This document shows, one piece after another, positions 10,291 through 19,864 of a stretch of DNA of 64,000 nucleotides (position 1 is the first letter of the stretch; each line of letters starts with the position of its first letter). Source of the stretch: Actinomycetales bacterium (GTDB lineage Bacteria > Actinomycetota > Actinomycetes > Actinomycetales > CAVURS01). The stretch covers positions 62,001 to 126,000 of the forward strand of contig JBJMHS010000027.1 of NCBI GenBank assembly GCA_045807245.1, written 5' to 3'. The position numbers were made by a program, and so were the translations under genes. Below the pieces are notes generated by a model that saw nothing but the letters and a program-made list of their open reading frames with translations, was not told where the DNA came from and made no database searches.

Positions 10291-10383
10291 CCCATGGCGA
10301 GGGCCTGACCCCCACAGACCGTACGAACCGGCACGACGTACCGCAGACGAACCGAGCACGACCGAACGGAAGGAAGAGCCCCG

Positions 10384-10707
10384 ATGGGCGCGACCAAGTC
10401 AGTCACCGACGCGAGCTTCGACGCCGACGTCCTGGCCAGCGACAAGCCGGTCCTCGTCGACTTCTGGGCGGAGTGGTGCGGACCGTGTCGCGCCGTCTCC
10501 CCGATCCTCGAAGAGATCGCGGCCGAGCACGCCAACATCGAGGTGGTCAAGCTCAACACCGACGAGAACCCGCAGGTCACGGCCCGGTACGGCATCACCG
10601 GCATCCCGACCCTGAACGTCTACGTCAAGGGCGAGCTGGTGAAGTCGATCACCGGTGCCCGGCCCAAGCCCATGCTGGTACGGGAGCTGGCCGACTACCT
10701 GGCCTGA
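10384..10707 (+). CDS. trxA: Thioredoxin
   Basis: VDFWAEWCGPC, IPTL. Confidence 0.97.
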   Translation: MGATKSVTDASFDADVLASDKPVLVDFWAEWCGPCRAVSPILEEIAAEHANIEVVKLNTDENPQVTARYGITGIPTLNVYVKGELVKSITGARPKPMLVRELADYLA

Positions 10708-10844
10708 CGGCCGGGGCTGTCACCCGGATGGCCTAGCGACCCGGTCAGCGGGCGAATGCCGGAGCGCGGTGGGGTGGACCGCGGGTTAGCATCGGCCAAC
10801 GCGCGCGCGACCGGGCCGCGCTCTCGGGTGGAAGGGGGTCGCTG

Positions 10845-12011
10845 ATGTCTGCTGCACGCCTCTTCCGTGAGGGCGACGTCGACCCGGCCGTCCGGGACAT
10901 CCGCGACCGGCTGGCCGCGACCGGTGACCTGCCGGCGGAGGCCGGACCGCAGTCGCCCGAGGCGCTCGACGTCTTCGACCAGCAGCTGCGCGACGCCGTC
11001 CGGGCGTTCCAGCAACGCCGCGGCCTGCTGGTCGACGGCATCGTCGGGCCGCAGACCTACCGCGCGATGGACGGCGCCCGGTGGGCGCTGGGCGACCGGA
11101 TCCTCGTGCACCTGCCCGGGCACCTGCTGTCCGGTGACGACGTGGCCGAACTCCAGGAGCAGCTGCTGCGGCTGGGCTTCCACCTCGGCCGGGTCGACGG
11201 CCTGTTCGGACCGTCCACCGACTCGGCCCTGCGCGAGCTGCAGCGTGGCGTCGGCCTCCTGCCCGACGGCACCTGTGGGCCCTCGACGCTGCGCGCGCTC
11301 TCCCAGCTCCTGACCCGGTCGGTGAGCGGCGGGGCGGCGCATCAGCTGCGGGAGACCGAACAGGTACGGCGGGCGGGCCCGAACCTGTCCGGGCTCGTCG
11401 TCGTCATCGACCCCGGGCACGGCGACGGCGACCCGGGGGTCGCCACCGGCGAGCAGGACGAGGCCGCGATCGTCATGGACATCGCCCGGCGGGTCGAGGG
11501 CCGGCTGTCCGCGACCGGGGTGATGGCGGTGCTGAGCCACCCGGCCGACACGAACCCGGACGAGCTGGAGCGGGCCGAGCTGGCGAACTCGCTGGCGGCC
11601 GACCTGGTCGTGTCCTTGCACTGCGACGCGAGTGAGTCGTCCTCGGCGAGCGGCGTCGCCACCTACTTCTACGGCCACGACCGGCCGGGCGCCTGGTCCG
11701 CCGTCGGGGAACGGCTGGCCGACCTGATCCGGCGTGAGGTGGTGGCGCGCACGGGACTGGTCGACTGCCAGTCGCATCCACGCACCTGGGAGCTGCTGCG
11801 CCGTACGTCCATGCCCTCCGTCCGGCTCGACGTCGGCTATCTGAGCAACGCGGACAACGCGCGCCAGCTCGCCGACCCCGCGTTCCGGGACGTCGTCGCC
11901 GACTCCGTCGTCGTCGCGATCCAGCGTCTGTATCTCGGCGAGCACGACATGTCCTCGACCGGCGTGCTGCACCTGGCCGACGTCCTGGCCCAAGCCGGCC
12001 ACCCCCGCTGA
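10845..12011 (+). CDS. cwlM: N-acetylmuramoyl-L-alanine amidase-like protein with two PG-binding domains (CwlM)
   Basis: Two PG_binding_1 repeats (FQQRRGLLVDGIVGPQT), Amidase_3 motifs VIDPGHG and SLH, C-terminal TG motif; follows trxA. Confidence 0.85.
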   Translation: MSAARLFREGDVDPAVRDIRDRLAATGDLPAEAGPQSPEALDVFDQQLRDAVRAFQQRRGLLVDGIVGPQTYRAMDGARWALGDRILVHLPGHLLSGDDVAELQEQLLRLGFHLGRVDGLFGPSTDSALRELQRGVGLLPDGTCGPSTLRALSQLLTRSVSGGAAHQLRETEQVRRAGPNLSGLVVVIDPGHGDGDPGVATGEQDEAAIVMDIARRVEGRLSATGVMAVLSHPADTNPDELERAELANSLAADLVVSLHCDASESSSASGVATYFYGHDRPGAWSAVGERLADLIRREVVARTGLVDCQSHPRTWELLRRTSMPSVRLDVGYLSNADNARQLADPAFRDVVADSVVVAIQRLYLGEHDMSSTGVLHLADVLAQAGHPR

Positions 12012-12024
12012 CCCCCCCAGTTTG

Positions 12025-12108
12025 GGTGCCCTCCGAAAGCCGGTTTACCCCTCGAAAGCCGCTCATGACCGCGAAAACGCTGGTGTAGAACGGCTTTCGA
12101 GGGGTACG
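12025..12108. repeat. Dispersed REP-like palindromic element, family A copy 1
   Basis: TACCCCTCGAAAGCCG...CGGCTTTCGAGGGGTA stem plus a third arm; inverted homolog at 53546-53629. Confidence 0.8.
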
Positions 12109-12145
12109 ACGGGCCGCAGGCGACGTTCGGTCCCGTCGGGTCCGG

Positions 12146-12640
12146 TCAGAGGTCGCGTTCGTACACGTACATCGTCGAGCCCGGCCCCTCGGGCGCACCG
12201 CCCTCGCGGTTGGTGAAGCCGAGACTCTCGTAAAGCGCCCGCGCGGCCACGTCGTCCTCGCTGGTCCCGAGCTCGATCCGGTCCGCGCCACGCGCCTGCG
12301 CGAGTGCGAGGGCCGCCACGGCCAAGGCCCGGCCGAGCCCACGGCCGCGCAGTGCGGGTACGACGTACAGCTCGGCCAGGTAGCACTCCAGACCGGCGGT
12401 CCATAGGGCCGGGCGGAACCGCAGCACGACCAGCCCGTCCGGCTCGCCCTCGGCTTCGTCGACGTCCCTGAGCGCGCCGAGCAGCACGGCCAGGCCCTCG
12501 TCGCGGACCAGCTCCCGCAACCGGGCGGCCAGGGCCATGGGCCCAGGCGTCACGTCGTCGTACTCCCGGTTGAACGCGTCCAGCAGGCGCCCGGCGACGT
12601 CCAGCTGCTCGTCACGCGCGAGCCACACCTGCAGGGACAC
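12146..12640 (-). CDS. GNAT family N-acetyltransferase
   Basis: ELYVVPALRGRGLGRAL, ARALYESLGF. Confidence 0.88.
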   Translation of the reverse strand: MSLQVWLARDEQLDVAGRLLDAFNREYDDVTPGPMALAARLRELVRDEGLAVLLGALRDVDEAEGEPDGLVVLRFRPALWTAGLECYLAELYVVPALRGRGLGRALAVAALALAQARGADRIELGTSEDDVAARALYESLGFTNREGGAPEGPGSTMYVYERDL

Positions 12641-12646
12641 GACCGC

Positions 12647-13288
12647 TCAGTGGCCGGTGAGCACGGGCGCCCGCACCGATCCGAGCAGTCGCTCGATGGC
12701 CGACTCGACGTCCTCACGCCAGGAGATCGCGTTCTTCAGCTCCAGCCGCAGCCGCGGATGGCGATGGTGCGGCCGGATCGTCTTGAACCCCACGGCGCGC
12801 AGCAGCTCGGCGGGTACGACGCAGCCGGGGGCCGCGGCGTACCGGTCACCTTCCGGCGCCGGCCGGAGCTCGAGACCGTAGGCCTCGATGGCCTTCACAC
12901 CGCGTCGGGTCAGGTCCTTGGCGGCGCTCTGCACCAGCATCCGGGCCAGCCCCCCGCCCGTGAACTCGGGGAGCACGCGCGCCGTCATCAGCAGCACCGC
13001 GTCGGCACTCACCGGAGCGGTGGGGAACGCCACGCTGCGGGGGACCAGGTGGGGTGGCGCGTAGCTGACGTAACCCGCCGGTACGTCGTCGACGTAGGCG
13101 ATGCGGCCGACCGACCCCCACTCGAGCAGGGCCTGCGAGATCCAGGCTTCCTTCTCGAACCCCGGGTCGCCGCTGCGCTGCGCCCGCTCCCCCGCCACGG
13201 GGTCGAGCTCCCAGAAGACACACCGGCGGCACTGGGACGGCAGGTCGTCCAGGCTGTCCAGGGTCAGCAAGGCCACCCGGCGGCTCAT
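12647..13288 (-). CDS. GNAT-like protein (Rv3916c-like)
   Basis: ATG at 13288. CRRCVFWELDP, EKEAW..LLEWG, GGGLARMLVQ, RGVKAIEA; conserved downstream of parB. Confidence 0.85.
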   Translation of the reverse strand: MSRRVALLTLDSLDDLPSQCRRCVFWELDPVAGERAQRSGDPGFEKEAWISQALLEWGSVGRIAYVDDVPAGYVSYAPPHLVPRSVAFPTAPVSADAVLLMTARVLPEFTGGGLARMLVQSAAKDLTRRGVKAIEAYGLELRPAPEGDRYAAAPGCVVPAELLRAVGFKTIRPHHRHPRLRLELKNAISWREDVESAIERLLGSVRAPVLTGH

Positions 13289-13524
13289 CGGGTCCTCACC
13301 GCTGGGCCGGGCCGTCGGCGTAGGGCGAGCGCCGGCGGGGACGTACCAACGCGACAACGAACCCGACCGCCGCCCCGAGCACCAGCCCGGCGATCGCGGA
13401 TCGCACTACGTGCACGGAAAACATGGTACGACGGGGTGCCTCGTCCCGGAAGAGTCAGCCAGGGCCGGTGCGGCGCAACGATTTTCGTTCGAAGCATTGT
13501 CTGACGGCAACTGTTGCCATCTGG

Positions 13525-14559
13525 TCAGTGACGCCCGGGGAAGGCCGAGTCCTCGCCCGGAGCGATCTGCTGGACGATCCGTTGCAGGTCGTCGACGGAG
13601 GCGAACTCCACGGTGAGGCGGCCCTTGCGCCGGCCCAGGGCGATCTTGACCCGCGTGTCCAGGCGGTCGGAGAGCCGGGCGGCCAGGTCGTCGAGCACCG
13701 CCATCCGGGTGCCCGGTCGCGGCTGGCGCTGCGCCGAGGGCGCGTCCATGCCTACGGCGACGATCTCCTCCACCGAGCGCACGGACAGGCCCTCGGCGAC
13801 GATCCGCTGGGCCAGCCGCTCCATGGCGGCCCCATCATCCAGAGCCAGCAGGGCGCGGGCATGGCCGGCGGAGAGCACGCCTGCAGCGACCCGGCGCTGG
13901 ACCAGCGGAGGTAGGCGCAGCAGCCGGAGGGTGTTGGAGATCTGCGGCCGGGAGCGGCCGATCCGGGTGGCGAGCTCCTCATGAGTGCAGCCGAAGTCGT
14001 CGAGCAGCTGCTGGTACGCCGCCGCCTCTTCCAGCGGGTTGAGCTGGCTGCGGTGCAGGTTCTCCAGCAGAGCGTCGCGCAGCAGGTCGTCGTCGGCGGT
14101 CTCCCTGACGATGGCCGGGATCGTGGCCAGGCCGGCCTGCTCGGTGGCGCGCCACCGGCGCTCACCCATGATGAGCTCGTAGCGGGCGCCATCATCGTCG
14201 GCAGCGTCCGCGCCGGGGGCCCCGACGGCCGGGCGGACAACGACCGGCTGGAGCACCCCGATCTCCTTGATCGAGTGGACCAGCTCGGCCATCTCGTCCT
14301 CGTCGAACACCTGCCGGGGCTGCTTCGGGTTGGGCATGATGCGGTCGACCGGGATCTCGGCGAAGTGCGCGCCGGGCACGGGGAGCAGACCGTCGAAGTC
14401 CGGCTCCGCTTGCTCGGCCGCGCCCGCACCGGCGGCCTCGTCCCGGTCGCCGAAGAAGACGTCGACCGGCCGTTCCCCGGTCTTGGTGCCCCCGCCCGGC
14501 GGCGCCGTCGGGATAAGCGACCCGAGCCCGCGGCCGAGTCCCCGTCGCTTCTCGCTCAC
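13525..14559 (-). CDS. parB: Chromosome partitioning protein ParB
   Basis: GTG at 14559. [41 protein letters not shown]. Confidence 0.96.
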   Translation of the reverse strand: MSEKRRGLGRGLGSLIPTAPPGGGTKTGERPVDVFFGDRDEAAGAGAAEQAEPDFDGLLPVPGAHFAEIPVDRIMPNPKQPRQVFDEDEMAELVHSIKEIGVLQPVVVRPAVGAPGADAADDDGARYELIMGERRWRATEQAGLATIPAIVRETADDDLLRDALLENLHRSQLNPLEEAAAYQQLLDDFGCTHEELATRIGRSRPQISNTLRLLRLPPLVQRRVAAGVLSAGHARALLALDDGAAMERLAQRIVAEGLSVRSVEEIVAVGMDAPSAQRQPRPGTRMAVLDDLAARLSDRLDTRVKIALGRRKGRLTVEFASVDDLQRIVQQIAPGEDSAFPGRH

Positions 14560-15743
14560 CGTGCCTCCTCCGGCTCGGCCCCGGTCATCGCCCCGCGCTC
14601 GGCCAGCTCGGTGGCCGCTTCCAGATAGCTGAGCGCTCCGCTCGAGAGCGGGTCGTAAGTGATCACCGTCTGGCCGTGACTCGGAGCCTCGGAGATGCGG
14701 ACCGAACGCGGGACCGTCGCGCGCAGCGACTCGGCCGGGAAATGCGTGCGCACCTCGTCGGCCACCTGCGACGACAGCCGGGTCCGGCCGTCGTACATGG
14801 TCATCAGGATGGACGACACGTGCAGGCCCGGGTTCAGGTGGGCCTGGATCATCTGGATGTTCTTGAGCAGCTGCGACAGCCCCTCGAGCGCGTAGTACTC
14901 GCACTGGATCGGGATCAGCACCTCGCTGGCCGCCACGAAGGCGTTGATGGTCAGCAGGCCGAGGCTCGGCGGGCAGTCGATGAAGACGTAGTCCAGCCGC
15001 GGCCGTCCGGTCTCCTCGCGCAATGTCAGGTACTCCTTGAGCGCGCGGAACAGGCGGTTCTCGCGGGCGACCAGCGATACGAGCTCGATCTCCGCCCCGG
15101 CCAGATCGAGCGTCGCCGGGGCACATTCCAGGGTCTTGAAGTCGGAGGCGGTCTGGACGACCTCGTTCATCGGCCGGCCGCCGACCACGACCTCGTAGAT
15201 GTCCGGCACCTCGGCATGGTGGTCGATGCCGAGCGCCGTGGATGCGTTCCCCTGCGGGTCGAGGTCGATGACCAGGACGTTCAGCCCGCCCTGGGCGAGA
15301 CCGGCCGCAAGGTTCACGGTGGTCGTCGTCTTGCCCACTCCGCCCTTCTGGTTCGCCACGGCGAGCACCCTGGTCTGCGCCGGACGGGGCATCACACGGT
15401 CTCGGAGAGCGATCCGGCGGCGCGCCTCCTCGGAGACCTGCCGGGCCAGCGGGGTGTCGTTGTCACCGCGCGGCAGGTAGTCCGCGTCCACTACGGTCAC
15501 CTCACTGGTTCCACGTGAAACATGAGCGGCGAGCGTGGTCGGCCGACGCGACGTTCCACGTGAAACATCACGATCCGCTGCGGCGGTTTGGTCGGCCTGG
15601 GCGGTGGTAGCCGCATCGGCCCCGGCGAGAGTTTCGATCCCGGTCTCCTCGCTTTCGGTCGGCCAGCCGAGCGAGCCCCCGGGCTCGAGCACCGGCGTAG
15701 CCAGTGGCCATCCCAAGCCCGGTGCGGTCGCCGTACCGGTCAC
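14556..15743 (-). CDS. parA: Chromosome partitioning ATPase ParA (start uncertain)
   Basis: [41 protein letters not shown]. Confidence 0.95.
   Translation of the reverse strand: MTGTATAPGLGWPLATPVLEPGGSLGWPTESEETGIETLAGADAATTAQADQTAAADRDVSRGTSRRPTTLAAHVSRGTSEVTVVDADYLPRGDNDTPLARQVSEEARRRIALRDRVMPRPAQTRVLAVANQKGGVGKTTTTVNLAAGLAQGGLNVLVIDLDPQGNASTALGIDHHAEVPDIYEVVVGGRPMNEVVQTASDFKTLECAPATLDLAGAEIELVSLVARENRLFRALKEYLTLREETGRPRLDYVFIDCPPSLGLLTINAFVAASEVLIPIQCEYYALEGLSQLLKNIQMIQAHLNPGLHVSSILMTMYDGRTRLSSQVADEVRTHFPAESLRATVPRSVRISEAPSHGQTVITYDPLSSGALSYLEAATELAERGAMTGAEPEEAR
15508..15521. promoter_or_regulatory. parS site (1 mismatch)
   Basis: GTTCCACGTGAAAC versus consensus GTTTCACGTGAAAC. Confidence 0.85.
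15553..15566. promoter_or_regulatory. parS site (1 mismatch)
   Basis: GTTCCACGTGAAAC. Confidence 0.85.
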
Positions 15744-16489
15744 GTGCCACCGCCCTCAGTCCGTCGCCGCGCCGACCGGTTCGGCCGCGCCCGCGAGGTG
15801 CGCCGAGATCCCGTGCGCGCTGCCCCCGACGCGCCCTGGTGCCGATCCGCCCCATCGCTCGACCCGACCCTAACGCGTATGACGGACGTCGGGTCGGCGA
15901 GCGTCCCCACCCCGATCTCCAGGACCTCTGCGGACACGGCGCCCAGCCGATGCAGGGCTGGACCGGCCTCGTCCAGCTCGCTCTGCGCCGTGCGCCCCTT
16001 GATCGCGAGCAGCTGGCCGCGGGGCTCCAGCAGGGGCAGGCACCATCGCGCCAACCGGTCGATCGGGGCGACGGCGCGGGCGGTCGCGACGGGGCTCCGT
16101 AGCGTTCCGTGCAGGTCCTCGGCCCGGGCCCGGATCACCTGAACCGATGTCAGGTCGAGGCGGCTGACGACGTCTTCCAGCCAGGTGGCGCGGCGGAGCA
16201 GCGGCTCGACCAGTACGACGGAGAGATCCGGCCGGGCGATGGCCAGCGGGATCCCGGGCAGGCCAGCGCCCGCGCCGATGTCGACGACCTGGACACCGTG
16301 GTCGACCAGCTCGCCGAGGACCGCACAGTTGAGCAGATGCCGCGACCAGAGCCGCGGCGTCTCGGCCGGGCCGATCAGCCCACGCAGTGTGGCTTCGCCC
16401 GCGAGGAGGTCGGCGTACTGGGTGGCGACGTCGAGGCGGTCACCGAAGATCCGAGCGGCCTCACCGGACGGCGCAGGGGCCGGCGTCAC
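15740..16489 (-). CDS. rsmG: 16S rRNA m7G527 methyltransferase RsmG (GidB)
   Basis: RGLIGP, LWSRHLLNC, DIGAGAGLPGIPLAI, ARAVAP. Confidence 0.95.
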   Translation of the reverse strand: MTPAPAPSGEAARIFGDRLDVATQYADLLAGEATLRGLIGPAETPRLWSRHLLNCAVLGELVDHGVQVVDIGAGAGLPGIPLAIARPDLSVVLVEPLLRRATWLEDVVSRLDLTSVQVIRARAEDLHGTLRSPVATARAVAPIDRLARWCLPLLEPRGQLLAIKGRTAQSELDEAGPALHRLGAVSAEVLEIGVGTLADPTSVIRVRVGSSDGADRHQGASGAARTGSRRTSRARPNRSARRRTEGGGT

Positions 16490-16499
16490 CGGCGCTGAC

Positions 16500-16513
16500 G
16501 TTTCACGTGAAAC
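16500..16513. promoter_or_regulatory. parS site (perfect)
   Basis: GTTTCACGTGAAAC. Confidence 0.92.
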
Positions 16514-16561
16514 GTCGCGGCAAGCGATCGCGCTTGCCGAACACGGTCGCTTCAGGGGCGT

Positions 16562-16575
16562 GTTTCACGTGAACA
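16562..16575. promoter_or_regulatory. parS-like site (degenerate)
   Basis: GTTTCACGTGAACA. Confidence 0.7.
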
Positions 16576-16584
16576 CGTGCGGGT

Positions 16585-17319
16585 TCAGGTCGCCGGCCGC
16601 ACCACGATCCGGCGGTCCGGCTCGACGCCCTCCGAACTCGAGGACAGACCGGCGGCTGCTACGGCGTCGTGCACGATCTTGCGCTCGAACGGGTTCATCG
16701 CCTCCAACCGCAGCGGCTCGCCGCTCTCGTTGACCTGGCCGATCGCCTCCCTGGCCCGCTCGACCAGTTGCTCGCGGCGGCGGGCCCGATGACCGGCGAC
16801 GTCCAGCATCAACCGGCTGCGGTCGCCCGTCCGGGCCTGGACCGCCAGCCGGCTCAGCTCTTGCAGCGCCTCGAGCACTTCGCCGTTCTGTCCCACGAGC
16901 CGGCGCGGAACGCGGCCTTCGGAGGAGTCGACGATGGCGACCGAGGCACGCTCACCCTCGACGTCGACGTCAAGGTCGCCGTCCAGATCGGCGATATCGA
17001 GCAGGCGCTCCAGGAAGTCGGCCGCGATCTCGCCTTCACGCTCGAGGCGGGCGGCAGCGCCGACCCGAGGCGTGTCGTCGGCATCCTCGGCATCCTCGGC
17101 ATCCGCCGACTCGGTGCCGGCAGCCACCTGGAGGGCCTCGTCGGCAGCCACCTGGACGATCTCGTCGGCGACCTCGGTCCCGTCCTCCGGCGGCTCCGGT
17201 GCGCCGGACTCCGGCTGAGCAGCGGGCTCGTGAGCCCGCTCGGTCGGCTCGTCAGCCGGCTCGGTCAGCTCGTCGGTGGGCAGATGCTCGTCAGTGGGCA
17301 GATGCTCGTCGGTGCTCAC
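16585..17319 (-). CDS. Jag/KhpB (EloR) KH-R3H RNA-binding protein
   Basis: EGEIAADFLERLLDIADLDGD, LEALQEL, R3H motif ERKIVHD; follows yidC. Confidence 0.9.
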   Translation of the reverse strand: MSTDEHLPTDEHLPTDELTEPADEPTERAHEPAAQPESGAPEPPEDGTEVADEIVQVAADEALQVAAGTESADAEDAEDADDTPRVGAAARLEREGEIAADFLERLLDIADLDGDLDVDVEGERASVAIVDSSEGRVPRRLVGQNGEVLEALQELSRLAVQARTGDRSRLMLDVAGHRARRREQLVERAREAIGQVNESGEPLRLEAMNPFERKIVHDAVAAAGLSSSSEGVEPDRRIVVRPAT

Positions 17320-17385
17320 GGGTGCTCCTTGCGGATCGCGCGCGCGGCGCGGTGTCGTCGTACGGGCTTGGGAGAGGGCAGCGGA

Positions 17386-18564
17386 TCAGCGGGTACGCGC
17401 TGAACCCGCTGTGCCGGAACCGGATTCGTCATCGGGGGCAGGTGGTCGGCCCTTGCCCGGCGCGTTTCCCGGCGAGCTGCCCGGCGAGCTGCCTCGTCCG
17501 GTCGGCCCGCGGTTCGCCCCGCCGGGCGACCCTCCGGGCGACCCGGCGGGCGACCCGGGGGCGCCGGTCTGCTTCGGCCCTCGTTTGGACCGCGGCTGGT
17601 TCCGCTTGGGTTGCTGGCGCTGGCCGGCGATCGGGGACGCCTCGGTGTCGCCCTCGGCCGGCGTCGTACCGGCGTCGTCGCCCTGACCCTTGCCAGCCAG
17701 GGGCTTGCCTTCGCTGTCCAGACCCTTGCGCTCGCGGCGCGCCTGCAGGTCCTTCTCCGCCTGCGAGCCGGGCGCGGGCATCCGCCGGATGACGTAGAAC
17801 TGCTGGCCCATGGACCAGACGTTCGTGGTGAGCCAGTACAGCAGGACGCCGATCGGGAAGTTCGGCCCGGTGATGAAGAAGAAGAACGGCAGCAGGTACA
17901 TCAGCATCTTCTGCTGCTTGGCGAACGGGTTGTCCAGCGCCGCCGCGGGCATGTTCTTCTGCATCAGCTGGCGCTGGGTGGTGAACGTCGTCAGCGACAT
18001 CAGCACGATGAGGGCGGCCGTGAGGATCTGGGTGCTGGTGGTGTCGGCGCCGATGAACTTGTCGGAGAGCCGGGCGCCGAACAGCGTGGCCTGGTCGGCC
18101 TGGTGGATCAGCCGCAGGGAGAACGGACCGATCGCGTGCGGGTGGTCTTTCGCGATGTTCTGCAGCACGCGGTACAGAGCGAAGAACACGGGCGACTGGA
18201 GCAGGATCGGCAGGCACGAGGCGAACGGGTTGGTGCCCGACTCCTTGTACAGCGCCATCGTCTCCTGCGTCATGGCCTGCCGCGACGCCGGATCGGTCTT
18301 GCCCTTGTACTTCTTCTGGATCTTCTGGACCTCGGGCTGGATGAGCTGCATCCCGCGAGAGGCCTTGATCTGCTTGACGAACAACGGGATCAGGATGATC
18401 CGGATGACGATGACCAGGCCGATGATCGACAGCGCCCAGGTCCAGCCCGAGGCGGCCGGCAGCCCCATCGCGGTGAGCACCGAGTGGAACCCCACCATGA
18501 TCGTGGCCACGACCCACTCCAGCGGAGCGAGGATCGCGGAGAAGAAACTACCGATGCTTCCCAT
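17386..18564 (-). CDS. yidC: Membrane protein insertase YidC
   Basis: IRIILIPLFVKQIK, NPFASCLPILLQSPVF, GVLLYWLTTNVWS. Confidence 0.96.
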   Translation of the reverse strand: MGSIGSFFSAILAPLEWVVATIMVGFHSVLTAMGLPAASGWTWALSIIGLVIVIRIILIPLFVKQIKASRGMQLIQPEVQKIQKKYKGKTDPASRQAMTQETMALYKESGTNPFASCLPILLQSPVFFALYRVLQNIAKDHPHAIGPFSLRLIHQADQATLFGARLSDKFIGADTTSTQILTAALIVLMSLTTFTTQRQLMQKNMPAAALDNPFAKQQKMLMYLLPFFFFITGPNFPIGVLLYWLTTNVWSMGQQFYVIRRMPAPGSQAEKDLQARRERKGLDSEGKPLAGKGQGDDAGTTPAEGDTEASPIAGQRQQPKRNQPRSKRGPKQTGAPGSPAGSPGGSPGGANRGPTGRGSSPGSSPGNAPGKGRPPAPDDESGSGTAGSARTR

Positions 18565-18570
18565 ATGTGC

Positions 18571-18897
18571 CTAACGCGAGGTAGCCGAAGTATCGGCAGA
18601 GTGTGAGGTGACAACAGCCGTACGGATCGTGGTGGAGCCCCAGTCGGTCGGGCGGTAGCGCCACGAGAAGTGGTCCGCAGTCGGAACGTGGTCGACACCG
18701 CCTGGGTTCCACGGATGGCAGCGCAGCACCCGGCGCGCAGCGAGCCAGGTGCCTTTGACGGCACCGTGGGTGCTCAGAGCCTGCATTGCGTACGTCGAGC
18801 ACGATGGGTAGAACCGGCAGCGGGGTCCCAGCAACGGGGACAGGACGAGTTGGTACCCGCGCACGAGCAGCGACAGCAGGCGGGCGGGCGGGCTCAT
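18571..18897 (-). CDS. yidD: Membrane protein insertion efficiency factor YidD
   Basis: [25 protein letters not shown]. Confidence 0.95.
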   Translation of the reverse strand: MSPPARLLSLLVRGYQLVLSPLLGPRCRFYPSCSTYAMQALSTHGAVKGTWLAARRVLRCHPWNPGGVDHVPTADHFSWRYRPTDWGSTTIRTAVVTSHSADTSATSR

Positions 18898-19274
18898 CCG
18901 GGCACCACGACCGCGGCCTTGCGAAGCGCGCCGGCCAGCGCGGAGTCCAGCTGGGCACCGAGCTCGGAGTACGGCGTGACCACAGCAGTCGGCAACGCCC
19001 GGATCACCACTCGCGAAGCCGGAGGAAACAGCGCGGACCGTTCGATCCGGTCGGCGCAGAGCGCCCGCAGCCGGCGGGTGACCTGGTTGCGCACCACCGC
19101 CGTGCCCACGGTGCGCGGGACGACGAAACCGACCAGCGCCGGGCCGTCGACGTCATCGGAGCGGTCACCGGGGAGCAGGTGCACCACCACGGCGCTTCGT
19201 CCGGCGCGGGCGCCCTGCCGGATGACCGCCGAGAAGTCGGCGGAACGGCGCAGACGATGCCGGGCGCTGAGCAC
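18894..19274 (-). CDS. rnpA: Ribonuclease P protein component
   Basis: [29 protein letters not shown] (RNR motif appears as RNQ). Confidence 0.93.
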   Translation of the reverse strand: MLSARHRLRRSADFSAVIRQGARAGRSAVVVHLLPGDRSDDVDGPALVGFVVPRTVGTAVVRNQVTRRLRALCADRIERSALFPPASRVVIRALPTAVVTPYSELGAQLDSALAGALRKAAVVVPG

Positions 19275-19283
19275 AGCCCCGCC

Positions 19284-19421
19284 TCAGGCGGACAGGCTGG
19301 AACGGCCCTTGCGGCGACGGGCGGACAGGATGGCTCGGCCGGCACGGGTGCGCATGCGCAGCCGGAAGCCATGGGTCTTGGCCCGGCGCCGGGTGTTCGG
19401 CTGGAACGTGCGCTTGCTCAC
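19284..19421 (-). CDS. rpmH: 50S ribosomal protein L34
   Basis: GTG at 19421; [29 protein letters not shown]. Confidence 0.98.
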   Translation of the reverse strand: MSKRTFQPNTRRRAKTHGFRLRMRTRAGRAILSARRRKGRSSLSA

Positions 19422-19784
19422 GAGGTACTCCTGAACGCGAAGATTGCTCTGACGTCGATCGCACAGATGCTGCCAGCCGCTGAGCTGACCCGGTTCTGGG
19501 CACGCAACACCGCCCGCCGGTGGTGGCGGAGCCACAACGGTACGGCGCGCGGATCGGGCCGGTCAAACCGTCGGACTGGCTGACACGGGGGCCTTCGAAC
19601 CTGCCAGGATGTCCAAGGTGCGGGCTCAGGGGGAGTCGCCACGCCGGGTATGAGCCGCAAGCCGACGGCACTGCACAGGTGGGTTCGGATGGTCAGTGCA
19701 CGAGTCGGGCTTGGTACAGGTTCTCGGGAGTGGGTTGTCGGCCTCGGCCGCGCTTGTTAGCGTCACGGGCTGCCGTCGCGCCAG

Positions 19785-19817
19785 CAATCCACAACCTGTG
19801 GATGAACGTGTGGACGC
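19785..19817. promoter_or_regulatory. DnaA-box-like sites in the dnaA promoter region
   Basis: CAATCCACA, TGTGGATGA and TGTGGACGC clustered upstream of dnaA. Confidence 0.65.
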
Positions 19818-19864
19818 GTGGTGGATGTCGGCTCGGACAACATCCGCCGGGGTGAGGATGGTTA

